Shown: positions 12,924 through 23,743, numbered from the stretch's first letter. The stretch is DNA of 64,000 bases from Gemmatimonas sp. (GCA_031414535.1 JANNVQ010000057.1:32001-96000), one strand, 5' to 3'. Notes: generated by a model not told the origin, from the sequence alone. A program made the numbers and translations.

Positions 12924-14123
12924 CTAGCGCGAACCGAGTTCGCTCGTCGCACCGGTGCCGTGTCCAAGCAAGATCATCTTGAACGAGCCATCGCCGTCCT
13001 GCGGCGTGACCATGTACTGCACCCAGCCGCCGGGAACTTGGTCGTTGATCCACCATTCTTGACGGCCACCCATCCCACCAAAGCGCACGCGCTTAGCGCT
13101 GAACGAGCCTGCGGGCACTGTGACACTTTCGGTGCCGACGGTAGCGCCGTCTACGCTTTCCTTGGTGGGACGCGAACCGAACATGCCGAGCGAACGCACC
13201 ATCGTCATCTGCACCGGCACCATCAACTCGTTGGCCTCGGTGTCACCGGGCATCTTGCCACGCATGCGCACGAGTTCCTGCAGGCCCTCGCCGCTGCTTT
13301 TAAACAGGGCCTCGAGCACCACTGTGTCGGCATCGCTGATGGTCTTGAAGCGCCACCACTCGTTGCCATCCTCTGTCTTGGAGAGAAAGGCGCGCTCGAT
13401 GGTCTGCTTGCCGTCATCATCGTCACCACCGCGCATCTCCCAGCGTGTCCACTGGCCTGGCTGATACGGCTGATCGAAGACGTTGGCTCCCGTGCCGTAC
13501 ACCATGCCGAACATCGCGCCGATGTAGGCCCACGAGATATCGGCCGTCCACTGACCGGGCATTGGCCTGGCCCCACCCGCGCCACCGCCAACGGCTGCAA
13601 TGGCGTCGGCTACCGCAGTACCGCCGCCGAAGATGGATCCGAAGCGTTCACGCCGTGCATTGACGGCTTCGAGTTCCGGCGCCGAGAGCCCGGCACGATC
13701 GCCGTAGGCATAGATGCGCTCGAGACGGATGCGCAGGCGCGAGAACACCGGCACCGTGAAGTTTCCGGCTTGCGCCGCCCGGGCCGTCGCCTGATTACGT
13801 AGCGCGGTCTTCTCGCGCTCGATGTCCTCTTCGTTGTTGGCCCCGCAGCGCGCGCGAATTCCGGCGCGCGCGGCGAGCCCACCGAGACGGCTCCGGCTCG
13901 CAGAGCCCGCGGTCTCAAAGGCAATCTTGCAGGTGCGGAAGCGCCGGATCTTGTCGTCAATCTCTTTCAGCTGCGGGTCGAGCGCAGCAATCTCCTCGCG
14001 CTCCTTGTCGTGCGAGGTGACGAAGCGGTCGAGGACGTCGGTGGAAAGCGTCAGGTCCTGTGCCAGCACGGGCGTGGAAGCGAGGACGAGCGCAGCGAGG
14101 ATTGTGGAAAAGGGGCGAGTCAT
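12924..14123 (-). CDS. Secreted hypothetical protein
   Basis: Signal peptide MTRPFSTILAALVLASTPVLAQ. Its stop abuts the MBL gene start. Confidence 0.7.
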   Translation of the reverse strand: MTRPFSTILAALVLASTPVLAQDLTLSTDVLDRFVTSHDKEREEIAALDPQLKEIDDKIRRFRTCKIAFETAGSASRSRLGGLAARAGIRARCGANNEEDIEREKTALRNQATARAAQAGNFTVPVFSRLRIRLERIYAYGDRAGLSAPELEAVNARRERFGSIFGGGTAVADAIAAVGGGAGGARPMPGQWTADISWAYIGAMFGMVYGTGANVFDQPYQPGQWTRWEMRGGDDDDGKQTIERAFLSKTEDGNEWWRFKTISDADTVVLEALFKSSGEGLQELVRMRGKMPGDTEANELMVPVQMTMVRSLGMFGSRPTKESVDGATVGTESVTVPAGSFSAKRVRFGGMGGRQEWWINDQVPGGWVQYMVTPQDGDGSFKMILLGHGTGATSELGSR

Positions 14124-14210
14124 TGAATCGGTCCGTATAGAGGATGCTATATCTTGCAGAAAACCCGCGACGCGCAACAGCGCGTCCACCAATCCCTTAC
14201 GGAGATTTCG

Positions 14211-14783
14211 ATGCGTCGTTTCGCAATCGTTGCTGTTCTTGCCCTCAGCGCTTCCGGATTGAGTGCGCAAGATCACCAACACACGCCCCGAGTTGCTCAT
14301 TCCGCTGCGGCCGTCGCCAAAGAGGGTGGTCAGGCCGCGTTCCTGTCCATTGCCGAGATCGTGAAGATGCTCGACGCCGACCCTCGCACCGATTGGACGA
14401 AGGTGAACATCGAGGCCTTGCGCCAACATCTCATTGATATGGATGAGGTGACGATGCGGGCATCAGTTCGTACTGAGGCAATTGACGGCGGCGCCGCGTT
14501 CATGGTCACGGGAAGCGGTCGTACGCTCGAGGCCATCCGCCGGATGACGCGCTCACGCGCTCAAACCGGCGACGCTGCGGCCACGATTCGGATGTCGGTT
14601 GCCGACGTCGAAGGCGGTGTCCGCTTCAGTGCACGGGCCTCTAATCCGAACGATGCCCGCGCCGTCGCCCGCATCCGCGGCCTAGGCTTCATCGGCGTCG
14701 TCGCGCTCGGCGACCACCATGCGCCGCACCATCTGGGTATCGCAAACGGCTCGATGACGGGAATGCACGGACACGACCACTAG
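14211..14783 (+). CDS. Secreted His-rich hypothetical protein
   Basis: GGAGA RBS, signal peptide MRRFAIVAVLALSASGLSAQ, His-rich N- and C-termini. Confidence 0.7.
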   Translation: MRRFAIVAVLALSASGLSAQDHQHTPRVAHSAAAVAKEGGQAAFLSIAEIVKMLDADPRTDWTKVNIEALRQHLIDMDEVTMRASVRTEAIDGGAAFMVTGSGRTLEAIRRMTRSRAQTGDAAATIRMSVADVEGGVRFSARASNPNDARAVARIRGLGFIGVVALGDHHAPHHLGIANGSMTGMHGHDH

Positions 14784-14852
14784 AGGGAGCGGAGCTTTTC
14801 CTAGCCCTCCCGAGCGCCGCGGCCCATATTGGGTATACCTAACCCGGGCCTG

Positions 14853-17800
14853 ATGAACGACCTGCGCCAACAGCTGCAAGAGGCCCTCAAGGCCACGCAC
14901 GAGATTGAACGAGAGTTGGGTGGCGGCGGCATGTCGCGCACCTATGTCGCGTTAGAGAAGGCACTCGGCCGCCGCGTGGTTATCAAGATTCTCGCGCCCG
15001 AGCTGTTGGCCGGCATCTCCGTGGAGCGCTTCCGCCGCGAGGTATTGCTCGCCGCGCAGTTGCAGCACCCGCACGTGGTGCCGGTTCTCACGGCCGGAGA
15101 TGCAGCCGGACTGCCTTGGTTCACGATGCCGTACGTGGACGGTGACTCGCTACGTCAGCGTTTGGCCAAGGGCCCAGTCAGCATCACCGAAGCCGTCAAT
15201 ATTCTGCGTGATGTAGCGCGCGCATTGGCCTACGCGCACTCACACGGGGTGGTGCACCGCGACATCAAGCCTGACAACGTGCTGCTCTCCGCGGGCAGCG
15301 CGACGGTTACCGACTTTGGCATTGCCAAGGCCATCAATGCCGCACGCACCGGCCTCGGTGGCCAGGGACCGGCGCTCACGATGACCGGCATGTCTATTGG
15401 CACGCCGACGTATATGTCGCCTGAACAAGCGGCCGGTGATCCGGACACCGATCATCGAGCGGACATCTATTCGTTTGGTGCGATGGCGTATGAGCTAGTG
15501 GCTGGCCATCCGCCGTTTCACGGACTGACGCCGTCCAAGTTGCTCGCGGCTCAGATGGGCGAGCGTCCGCGCGACCTGCGCGGCCTGCGCCCGGACTGCC
15601 CGGAAGCGCTGGCAGCGATGATTATGCAATGCCTCGAGAAGGAAGCGGCGAATCGGCCCGCGAAGGCCACAGATCTCGCGCGCGTACTCGAGACTATTAC
15701 CTCAAGCGGCTCCGCGGCTGCGGCTCCAAGCATCTTGGCTGGCGGACGTATCAGACTCGGCCGCGCGCTCAGCATCTGGGCGGGAACGTCCGTGGCCGTG
15801 ATTCTCACCGCGTGGGCGGCCCGTGAAGTGATTGGCCTGCCTGATTGGTCCGTCCCCGGTGCCATCGGCGTGATGCTGGCGGGACTGCCGGTCATCATCG
15901 CCACGTGGTACGTGCAGCGAACCGTGCATCGCACCTACACCGCGACGCCGCAACAAACACCGGGCGGCACGGCGAGTGTACGTCCGCAGGGCACGATGGC
16001 AACGCTGGCCATCAAGGCGAGTCCGCATATCTCGTGGCGACGCACCTGGCTCGGTGGTGGCGTCGCGGTCGCAGCGTTCGCGGTGATGGTAGTGGGTTGG
16101 ATGGTAATGCGCGCCGCGGGCATCGGACCCTTTGCCTCGCTGCGTGGCACCGGTGCATTCGGCAGTTCCGAGCGCTTGGTGGTGGCGGATTTTGCCGCAC
16201 CGAGCGACGATCCAACACTAGGCGTGACGGTAGCCGAAGCCGTGCGTACCGATTTGGCGCAGTCGAAGGCACTGAACGTGATGTCACGCGCCGAGTCGCG
16301 CGATGTGCTCGCTCGTATGCGCCGGTCTAGTGATACCACGCTCACCTTTGAACTCGCGCGCGAGATGGCCACGCGCGAAGGCGTGAAGGCTGTGCTCGAC
16401 GGCGGCATCGTACGCTTGGGGCGCAATTACGTCGTGACCGCACGCCTCGTGAACGCACAGGACGGCTCAGATCTCGCTTCGTTCCGCGAAACCGCCGAGG
16501 GTGAGGACGAGCTGTTGCCAGCCTTGGCTCGCATTTCACGTGCGGTGCGTGAGCGGGCTGGAGAATCATTGCGTGCAATTCGTCGCAGTGACGATGTTGC
16601 GCGCGTGACAACGGCCTCACTGCCTGCGCTACGTAAATACGTGGAAGCACTCCGCGCTAGCGATCAGCGTTCTGACTTCGACGCATCGCTGTCACTGCTT
16701 GAGGAAGCAGTGGCGATCGACACGGCCTTCGCGATGGCGTGGCGCCGCATTGCCGTGTTGCTTAACAACGACGGACGAGATCCGGTGCGCGCGATGCGCG
16801 CCCTTGAGCGGGCCTACAGTCACCGCGACCGCCTCACCGAGCTCGAGCGGCAGCTCTTGGAGGGTTACTACTACACGCGCGGCCCGCGGACTGACTTGGC
16901 CCGCGCTAAGGCTGCATATGAGGCTGCCGCTGCCTTGGACACGACGGCTACCGCCGGCATCAACAATGCCGGAGTGGTTGCCGGACAGCTGCGCCAGAAT
17001 GCAGCGGCGGAGTCGCTATATGCGGAAACCGCACGACGTGGGGGCCGCAATGTCGCCACCTACCAGAATTGGTTAGCTACGGCTCTTGGGAATGGCCGCC
17101 CCGCCGCCCACCTAGACTCCATCAGAAAATTGATGTACGAACGCTTTCCAAACAGCGAGCAGCTTTGGATTGCAGATTGGACGGTGGCGCGCGCTGACAA
17201 CCATTTCACTGTGATGGATTCCATCGGGCGTGCGGCGTTAGGACGTGCGCGCTCCCCCGGAGGACGCGCGGCTGCCCAGTTCACCGTTGGCAGTTCAGCA
17301 CAGCTTCTGGGACGTCCTCTGGAGGCGTTACGATATTTCTCGGAGGCCCGGCAAACGCGAGTCGCCGCCGGGAGCAGCCAGGCCCTTGAGCGGCTGCTCG
17401 CCGCCTACGACTCCGCGGTGGTGTTGACGCTCACTATGGAGCAGCCCAATGAAGCTCGTGCCTTGCTTGCGCGCGCCTTAGAGAAGTATCCACTCACTGC
17501 GCTCAAGCCTTTGGAGCGCCCTTGGCAAGCTCTCGGTGCCTTCGCCGCGCTCACGCGTGATCCGGCATTGGCGCGACGAGCCGCGGCCGGCTTTGAAGCT
17601 GATGTGCGCTCCCGCGTCAACAATCCCGTGGCTGCCCGCGCTGCCAACGACGCATTCATTGCACTGGCTGAGGGACGCCACGCTGAGGCGATTGACCTGA
17701 TGCGACAGGCTGACCGTGGCCTCGAGATTCCCGAACAGCAGAGCTGGGTCTTTTTTTCCCGCGCCCACGATCTCGCCGGGCACCCCGACTCGGCCGCCTA

Positions 17801-18038
17801 CTACCTGCGGCGCATCGTCGAAGTGCCCGATGCCGTGGGAGACCGTGATGCCAACTTCTACGCACCCGCGCTGACGCGACTCGGCGAGATTGCCGAGCAA
17901 CGCGGCGATACGGCGACGGCACTGCGCTACTACGAAGAGTTCACGGAACTCTGGAAGAACGCCGAGCCAGAGCGGCAGACCAAAGTGCGGCAGATTCGCG
18001 AGCGCGTTATGCGGCTTCGGGGGAATCATCGCGGTTAG
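14853..18038 (+). CDS. Hanks-type Ser/Thr protein kinase with TM segments and TPR-like C-terminal region
   Basis: LGGGGMS, VIK, HRDIKPDN, DFGIAKA and GTPTYMSPEQ motifs, followed by hydrophobic helices and helical repeats. Confidence 0.93.
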   Translation: MNDLRQQLQEALKATHEIERELGGGGMSRTYVALEKALGRRVVIKILAPELLAGISVERFRREVLLAAQLQHPHVVPVLTAGDAAGLPWFTMPYVDGDSLRQRLAKGPVSITEAVNILRDVARALAYAHSHGVVHRDIKPDNVLLSAGSATVTDFGIAKAINAARTGLGGQGPALTMTGMSIGTPTYMSPEQAAGDPDTDHRADIYSFGAMAYELVAGHPPFHGLTPSKLLAAQMGERPRDLRGLRPDCPEALAAMIMQCLEKEAANRPAKATDLARVLETITSSGSAAAAPSILAGGRIRLGRALSIWAGTSVAVILTAWAAREVIGLPDWSVPGAIGVMLAGLPVIIATWYVQRTVHRTYTATPQQTPGGTASVRPQGTMATLAIKASPHISWRRTWLGGGVAVAAFAVMVVGWMVMRAAGIGPFASLRGTGAFGSSERLVVADFAAPSDDPTLGVTVAEAVRTDLAQSKALNVMSRAESRDVLARMRRSSDTTLTFELAREMATREGVKAVLDGGIVRLGRNYVVTARLVNAQDGSDLASFRETAEGEDELLPALARISRAVRERAGESLRAIRRSDDVARVTTASLPALRKYVEALRASDQRSDFDASLSLLEEAVAIDTAFAMAWRRIAVLLNNDGRDPVRAMRALERAYSHRDRLTELERQLLEGYYYTRGPRTDLARAKAAYEAAAALDTTATAGINNAGVVAGQLRQNAAAESLYAETARRGGRNVATYQNWLATALGNGRPAAHLDSIRKLMYERFPNSEQLWIADWTVARADNHFTVMDSIGRAALGRARSPGGRAAAQFTVGSSAQLLGRPLEALRYFSEARQTRVAAGSSQALERLLAAYDSAVVLTLTMEQPNEARALLARALEKYPLTALKPLERPWQALGAFAALTRDPALARRAAAGFEADVRSRVNNPVAARAANDAFIALAEGRHAEAIDLMRQADRGLEIPEQQSWVFFSRAHDLAGHPDSAAYYLRRIVEVPDAVGDRDANFYAPALTRLGEIAEQRGDTATALRYYEEFTELWKNAEPERQTKVRQIRERVMRLRGNHRG

Positions 18039-18045
18039 GCATCTG

Positions 18046-18125
18046 GGACGGAAGACGGATGACTGACGCTAGAAGGGGCGACGAACCGTGAGTTCATCGC
18101 CCCTAAAAGCATCCGTCATCCGTCC
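18046..18125. terminator. Long nested hairpin between convergent kinase and ettA genes (probable bidirectional terminator)
   Basis: The outer arms GGACGGAAGACGGATG / CATCCGTCATCCGTCC (one mismatch) enclose the inner arms AGGGGCGACGAAC / GTTCATCGCCCCT. Confidence 0.65.
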
Positions 18126-18127
18126 AA

Positions 18128-19795
18128 TCACCGAACCAGTGGTTTGAACTTCAGCCGGTGAGGTTGATCCGCATCTGCGCCCTTCCGCCGCTTCAAGTCT
18201 TCGATGTACGACTGATAGTTGCCTTCGTACCACACAACCTCTGACTCGCCCTCAAACGCGAGGATGTGCGTCGCCACACGATCCAAGAACCAACGATCAT
18301 GCGAGATGATTACCGCGCAGCCAGAGAAGTCGAGCATCGCTTCTTCGAGCGCACGCAGCGTATCGACATCAAGGTCATTGGTCGGTTCGTCGAGCAGCAA
18401 CAGATTGCCACCCTGCATCACCGTCTTGGCCAAGTGCAGGCGGTTCCGTTCTCCACCCGACAAGTTGGCCACGAGCTTCTGCTGATCCGCGCCCTTAAAG
18501 TTGAAGCTGGCGGCATAGGCGCGTGAGTTGAGCTCACGCTTACCCACCATCATCAGCTCGCGACCACCGGAGATCTCTTCCCACAGTGTACGCTTGCCTT
18601 CGAGCGTGCGCTGCTGATCCTGGTAGGAGATGCTCACCGTCTCACCAACGGTGAGTTCGCCGCCATCAGCCTTCTCAAGATTGTTAATCATCCGGAACAG
18701 CGTCGTCTTACCGGCGCCGTTGGGCCCGATGATGCCAACGATGCCCGCACGCGGCAGATCGAAGCTGAGATTGTCAAACAGCAGCTTATCACCATACGCC
18801 TTCTGCAGCTTCTTGGCGCGCACCACATCATTACCAAGTCGCGGCGCTGGCGGAATCACGATTTCGTTCTGCATCACGCGATCGTTCTGCGCTTCACTGG
18901 CGAGCTGCTCATAGGCCTGCAAACGCGCCTTGCTCTTGGCCTGACGTGCCTTGGGCGCCATACGCACCCACTCGAGTTCCTTCGTCAGCGTCTTTTGGCG
19001 GGCGCTGGCGTGCTTTTCTTCGCGCGCGAGTCGCTCCTGCTTCTGCGCCAGCCAACCCGAATAGTTGCCCTCGTAGGGCACGCCCTTGCCGCGATCGAGT
19101 TCAAGAATCCACTTCGCCACGTTATCCAAGAAGTAGCGATCGTGCGTGATGGCCACGACCGTACCGGGGAAGCTCTCCAAGAAGTGCTCCAACCAAGCCA
19201 CGGACTCCGCGTCCAAGTGATTGGTCGGTTCGTCGAGCAGCAGCATGTCTGGCTCTTCGAGTAGCACCTTGCAGAGCGCCACGCGACGCTTCTCGCCACC
19301 AGAAAGATTCGTCACCGGTGAATCCGGCGGCGGCAGACGCAGCGCGTCCATCGCGACATCAATCTTGTTGTCGAGATTCCAGAGGTCGTGCTGGTCGATG
19401 TATTCCTGCAGTTTGCCCTGACGCGCCATCAACGCATCAAAGTCGGCGTCGGGCTCGGCGAACTTCTCGGAGATGGCGTTGAACTCGTTCAGCGCATCGC
19501 GCTGCTGCTTGACGGCGAGTTCCACGTTGCCGCGCACATCGAGATCGGGATTGAGCTCAGGCTCCTGCGAGAGGTAGCCGATGCGCGTGCCCTTATGCGC
19601 CCAAGCTTCGCCCTGAAATTCCGTGTCCACGCCGGCCATAATGCGCAACAGCGAGGACTTCCCCGAGCCGTTGGGGCCAAGCACGCCAATCTTGGCGCCC
19701 GGGTAGAACGAAAGCCAAATGTCGTCGAGAATGATGCGCGAAGGTGGAACCACCTTCTTGAGCGCCTTCATTACATAAATGAGCTGCGGTGCCAC
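18128..19795 (-). CDS. ettA: Energy-dependent translational throttle protein EttA (ABC-F)
   Basis: 555 aa with two ABC domains. LSFYPGAKIGVLGPNGSGKS, ELEWVRMAPKARQAKSKARL linker and DEPTNDLD motifs. Confidence 0.95.
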   Translation of the reverse strand: MAPQLIYVMKALKKVVPPSRIILDDIWLSFYPGAKIGVLGPNGSGKSSLLRIMAGVDTEFQGEAWAHKGTRIGYLSQEPELNPDLDVRGNVELAVKQQRDALNEFNAISEKFAEPDADFDALMARQGKLQEYIDQHDLWNLDNKIDVAMDALRLPPPDSPVTNLSGGEKRRVALCKVLLEEPDMLLLDEPTNHLDAESVAWLEHFLESFPGTVVAITHDRYFLDNVAKWILELDRGKGVPYEGNYSGWLAQKQERLAREEKHASARQKTLTKELEWVRMAPKARQAKSKARLQAYEQLASEAQNDRVMQNEIVIPPAPRLGNDVVRAKKLQKAYGDKLLFDNLSFDLPRAGIVGIIGPNGAGKTTLFRMINNLEKADGGELTVGETVSISYQDQQRTLEGKRTLWEEISGGRELMMVGKRELNSRAYAASFNFKGADQQKLVANLSGGERNRLHLAKTVMQGGNLLLLDEPTNDLDVDTLRALEEAMLDFSGCAVIISHDRWFLDRVATHILAFEGESEVVWYEGNYQSYIEDLKRRKGADADQPHRLKFKPLVR

Positions 19796-20012
19796 CGGTG
19801 GGTCTCCTATCTGTCGTTGCGACGCCGGCGCCGGCCCTCAGAGGACCGAAGGCGCGCGCCAAGCCGAGAAAGATAGTGCCCTTCTGCCCCTTCGCGGGGT
19901 GACGAAGCCGGCCTAGACGACGCGACTCAAGACGGCCACCCCGACGAGCGCCACGCCCAGCGGTAGCCAGGCGGCCGCGATGGTGCTGCTCAGGGCGGGA
20001 TAGATTCCCCTA

Positions 20013-21128
20013 ATGCGTTCGAACACGGCGGGGCTCCAGAGTGGGTATAGCCAATGGACGCGCTGGCTGCGCGACTTGTTTCATACGCGTACCCCGCTTG
20101 CCGCGCTTCTGGTCACACTTGGCTGCGCGGCTGGAGCGTCGGTCAGCAATCGTAGCGCCAAGCTGGAGTCCCTGCCCGTGACCGTGGTCACAGGATCGGG
20201 CGCGGGTCCCACCGTGGCCTTCGTGGCGGGGGTGCACGGCGGTAAGGTGGCGGCCGTGCGCGCCGTGGAGCAGCTACGGCGCGAACTCCCCGCCGAGTTG
20301 CGGCGCGGACGAGTGCTCCTGCTCGCACCAGCCAACGCCGCCGGCTTCCGCGCCGGACTCGCCCAGACGAGCCCCGACGATTCGCTCAACCTGAACCGCG
20401 TGTTCCCGGGCAACGCGGCCGGACGCCCCACCGAGCGACTCGCCGCCGCCATCATGCGCGAAATAGTATCTGTAAGCGATTATTTGGTAGACATGCACGG
20501 GTCGGACGGCGACGAAGTCGTGAGCAGCTTCGCCTACGTCGCGCGCCCGGGCCTGAACCCGCCCGTGGACAACTCGGCGATGGTGCTCGCCCGCGCCTGG
20601 GGAGTCCCCGTGATTGTGCGGGACGAGGAAGGCCCACGTCAGCTCGCCGAGTCGCGCTTCCTGCAGACCGCAGCGCACCTGAGTGAAGTACCAGCCATCA
20701 CGGTGTTCGAGGCCGGGCGCGACCGCGAGGACTCGGCGGCCACAGCCGCCTTTGTGCGCGGAGCTCGTGCCACGCTGGACTATCTCGGGATGCTGGAACG
20801 CCCGCCAGTAAGCCGCGACGCTGCTGGCGATTCGCTGGTCTTCAGCAGCCCCGCAGGGCGCCCAATCACTCTGTTCTCGCGCCGATCCGTCACTACCGCC
20901 CCGTCGGGGGGCCGCTGGCAGCCCAGCATAATGGCTGGCGCACGGGTGCAAATGGGTGAACTCTTGGGGCAGTTTACGAGTTCTACTGATGGTGCGGTTC
21001 AAGAGATCCGTGCCGCCGAGTCAGGGCTCGTCCTCCATCAACGAAAGGCCGGCGATGTCACAGCCGGCACGGCTCTGACCATCGCTGGTACCTCAGCCAC
21101 TCGCAACGCTCCACCCAACCGCCCTTAA
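20013..21128 (+). CDS. Succinylglutamate desuccinylase/aspartoacylase family (M14-like) protein
   Basis: AGVHGG, NLNRVFPG and VDMHG motifs with a C-terminal biotinyl-like segment. Start uncertain. Confidence 0.8.
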   Translation: MRSNTAGLQSGYSQWTRWLRDLFHTRTPLAALLVTLGCAAGASVSNRSAKLESLPVTVVTGSGAGPTVAFVAGVHGGKVAAVRAVEQLRRELPAELRRGRVLLLAPANAAGFRAGLAQTSPDDSLNLNRVFPGNAAGRPTERLAAAIMREIVSVSDYLVDMHGSDGDEVVSSFAYVARPGLNPPVDNSAMVLARAWGVPVIVRDEEGPRQLAESRFLQTAAHLSEVPAITVFEAGRDREDSAATAAFVRGARATLDYLGMLERPPVSRDAAGDSLVFSSPAGRPITLFSRRSVTTAPSGGRWQPSIMAGARVQMGELLGQFTSSTDGAVQEIRAAESGLVLHQRKAGDVTAGTALTIAGTSATRNAPPNRP

Positions 21129-21844
21129 TGGACTTCTCCGGCATCTCCGCCCAACTCTCCTCGAGCCCAGTCACCGCACTGGGGCTCGTGTTTCTGGCGG
21201 GCGTGTTCACCAGCCTGAATCCCTGCATCTACCCGATGATCCCCATCACGGCGGCGATTGTCGGGGGGCAGACGGTTGGCGAGGAGAAGCCGCCCCGCTC
21301 GCGCACGGTGATTCTCACACTGGCCTATGTGATTGGCCTCGCGTCGGTGTACTCCACGCTCGGCATCATCGCCGGTGCCACGGGCACGATGTTTGGCACC
21401 ATCAGCACCAATCCCTGGCTCTACTTCGCCATGGCCAACGTGCTCATCATCTCGGCGCTGGCGATGTTCGACGTGATTCCCATCCGCTTGCCGGCGGCGC
21501 TGCAAGCCAAAGCCGCAACAGCAGGAACCGCCGGGCGGGCCAGTGGCGCTGCCATCATGGGTGCCTTCTCTGGATTAGTAGCCGCACCCTGTGGCGCCCC
21601 GGTGATGGCAGCAATTCTCACTTGGGTGGGTACAAAAGGGAGCCCGACGCTGGGATTCATCTATCTCTTGGTATTTTCGCTGGGGATGTGCGCCCTGCTG
21701 GTGGTGGTTGGGCTCTCGAGCGGCGCGCTCTCGCGTCTGCCGCGCGCGGGCAGTTGGATGAACTGGGTCAAGAAGGGCTTCGGCGTGCTGATGTTGGCAG
21801 TGGCCGAGTACTATCTCATTGAAATGGGGAAGCTGGTCCTATGA
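21128..21844 (+). CDS. CcdA/DsbD transmembrane thiol-reducing protein
   Basis: SLNPCIYPMIPI and AAPCGAPV cysteine motifs in a multi-TM protein. Confidence 0.9.
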   Translation: MDFSGISAQLSSSPVTALGLVFLAGVFTSLNPCIYPMIPITAAIVGGQTVGEEKPPRSRTVILTLAYVIGLASVYSTLGIIAGATGTMFGTISTNPWLYFAMANVLIISALAMFDVIPIRLPAALQAKAATAGTAGRASGAAIMGAFSGLVAAPCGAPVMAAILTWVGTKGSPTLGFIYLLVFSLGMCALLVVVGLSSGALSRLPRAGSWMNWVKKGFGVLMLAVAEYYLIEMGKLVL

Positions 21845-22350
21845 TGCGAATCGTTCGTGGCGCGATGGGTACCCTCGGCGCGCTCTTATTGCTGGGTGCC
21901 GCAACGGTGCAGGCTCAGGACACAGGCCTTCCGCTCGGCACGGTGGGGCCAGCCTCCGCGGTGGAAACGCTCACCGGGGAAGTGGCCAACCTGAGCAGCG
22001 TAATAGGTGGCGGTAAGCCGACGCTCATTGAGTTTTGGGCCACGTGGTGCAGCAACTGCCGTGAGTTGGAACCCAAGCTTGTGGCCGCGCAGCGCAGCTA
22101 CGGCAACCGCGTGCGCTTCGTGGGCGTGGCGGTGAGCGTGAACCAGAGCCGAGAGCGCGTGCAGCGCTACGTGACCGAGCATCTCCAGGGTTTCACGCAC
22201 TTTTACGATCGGCGCGGGCAGGCGGTGACCAACTTTGATGTGCCGGCCACGAGCTACGTGGTGATTCTCGACAAGGACGGCAAGGTCATCTACGGCGGCG
22301 TTGGCGGCGATCAAGACATCGCGCGCGCCTTGGCTGCGGCGGTGCGGTAA
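21841..22350 (+). CDS. TlpA-like periplasmic thioredoxin
   Basis: EFWATWCSNC motif, signal peptide, overlaps the ccdA-like gene. Confidence 0.88.
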   Translation: MMRIVRGAMGTLGALLLLGAATVQAQDTGLPLGTVGPASAVETLTGEVANLSSVIGGGKPTLIEFWATWCSNCRELEPKLVAAQRSYGNRVRFVGVAVSVNQSRERVQRYVTEHLQGFTHFYDRRGQAVTNFDVPATSYVVILDKDGKVIYGGVGGDQDIARALAAAVR

Positions 22351-22361
22351 GAAGAGGGCAT

Positions 22362-22895
22362 TCACCACGAAGCCTTTCCCGTCAACGCGAGCTCAAATAG
22401 CAACTTCGGCGGCTGCGGCTCACGCGTGTGGTAGACCTTCAACACGCGAATCGTGAACGGCTCGCTGATCCGCACCGCCATCATCTTGCGTAGGTTCGCC
22501 ACCGTCAGCTCTGGGTAGAGATTCAGCGTGCAGTGCGGTGTGAACGGCCAACGCGCCTGCTGAAACGGCAATCCACACTGCTTGATGGCCTCGTGCAGCG
22601 CGCGGACGGGACCGTGAGGATCTAATCGTAGCGATACGATATTCCGCCCGATGAATCGCTCCGGCGGCCCAAACGTTAGCGTCACGGGTGCGATGCGAGT
22701 GGTCACGGACTCTAACTTCTCCCGCATCAGTTTCACCGGCGTATCTGGCGGCAGCGGACCCGCTCCCGATGAACCCGTCAACGTGATATGCGGCGGCAGA
22801 TGTCGCGCCATTTTGGGGTCAAACTCTTCCTGCAACGCGCGAACCCGCGCGGCGAGCTCGCCCTCGAGTTCCGTGGTGATGAAGATCCCGTTCAC
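22362..22895 (-). CDS. 2H phosphoesterase (2'-5' RNA ligase family)
   Basis: Two HxT motifs (PHITL, PHCTL). Confidence 0.82.
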   Translation of the reverse strand: MNGIFITTELEGELAARVRALQEEFDPKMARHLPPHITLTGSSGAGPLPPDTPVKLMREKLESVTTRIAPVTLTFGPPERFIGRNIVSLRLDPHGPVRALHEAIKQCGLPFQQARWPFTPHCTLNLYPELTVANLRKMMAVRISEPFTIRVLKVYHTREPQPPKLLFELALTGKASW

Positions 22896-23743
22896 CGAAA
22901 CTGCAGATTGAAGCCTACGCCCGTGCTCCCATCGCGCAGGGGGGCGAGCACCGGCTTCAGAAAGAATCCGTCCACGCGATTGTTTGGCCTTGTGGCGTGC
23001 CAGCGATCAATCGCTAGGCCCGTCACCGTGCCAACGCCCGCACCCGCCACGACATCGCTCAACCAGTGGCGATTCTTGTAGATGCGTGCGTAGGCCGTTG
23101 CGGTGGCGGAACCGTAGGTGAGCAGTCCAACCCAGCGTGCGTGTTGTGGTGCCTCGCGCGCCACGCTTCGCGTGACCGCCGTCGCAAACGCAAAGGCCGC
23201 CGTGGTGTGGCCGGACGGCATCGAGAGGTAGTCGCCGTCGAGCTTCCCGAAGCCGCGGCCCCACTCCCAGTCGCCGGGATCATTGGGTGAAATAGCTGGC
23301 CGCGCGCGCCCAAACACCTGCTTGAGCAGCCACGTGGTGGCGCCGCTCACGGTGATGGTCTCCACAGCGCGAAATCCCGCCTTGGCCAACACTGGGCGCT
23401 TGGCGTACAAACCTCCGCCATACATCACCCAAGCCAGCGAAAGCGAAATTGGTTGGCCAAACAGATCCCCGTACTCGGCCACCGCGTGCACCAAGTCGTT
23501 GTTCTGTGGGCCAGCGGAGCGCGTCGCGTCGCGCATGGACTGGTCTCCCAGCGATGCCACGCCGGCAAGGGCCGCAGTCAGGGCGAATCCCTTTACCTCC
23601 GGCCAGCCAAATGCCGGTGAGGGCCGCACGGCAGCGGTGTCCGCCGTTTGCGCGCGCATTTCAGTCGCGACCAGCGAGCCGCCAAGTAGCGCCACGGCGA
23701 GATAGCGCCCAACAGACTGCCTGAGACTGCGAAGTCCTCTCAT
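22892..23743 (-). CDS. PAP2 family phosphatase
   Basis: KQVFGRARP, SMPSGHT and ARIYKNRHWLSDV motifs. Start uncertain. Confidence 0.9.
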   Translation of the reverse strand: MRGLRSLRQSVGRYLAVALLGGSLVATEMRAQTADTAAVRPSPAFGWPEVKGFALTAALAGVASLGDQSMRDATRSAGPQNNDLVHAVAEYGDLFGQPISLSLAWVMYGGGLYAKRPVLAKAGFRAVETITVSGATTWLLKQVFGRARPAISPNDPGDWEWGRGFGKLDGDYLSMPSGHTTAAFAFATAVTRSVAREAPQHARWVGLLTYGSATATAYARIYKNRHWLSDVVAGAGVGTVTGLAIDRWHATRPNNRVDGFFLKPVLAPLRDGSTGVGFNLQFR

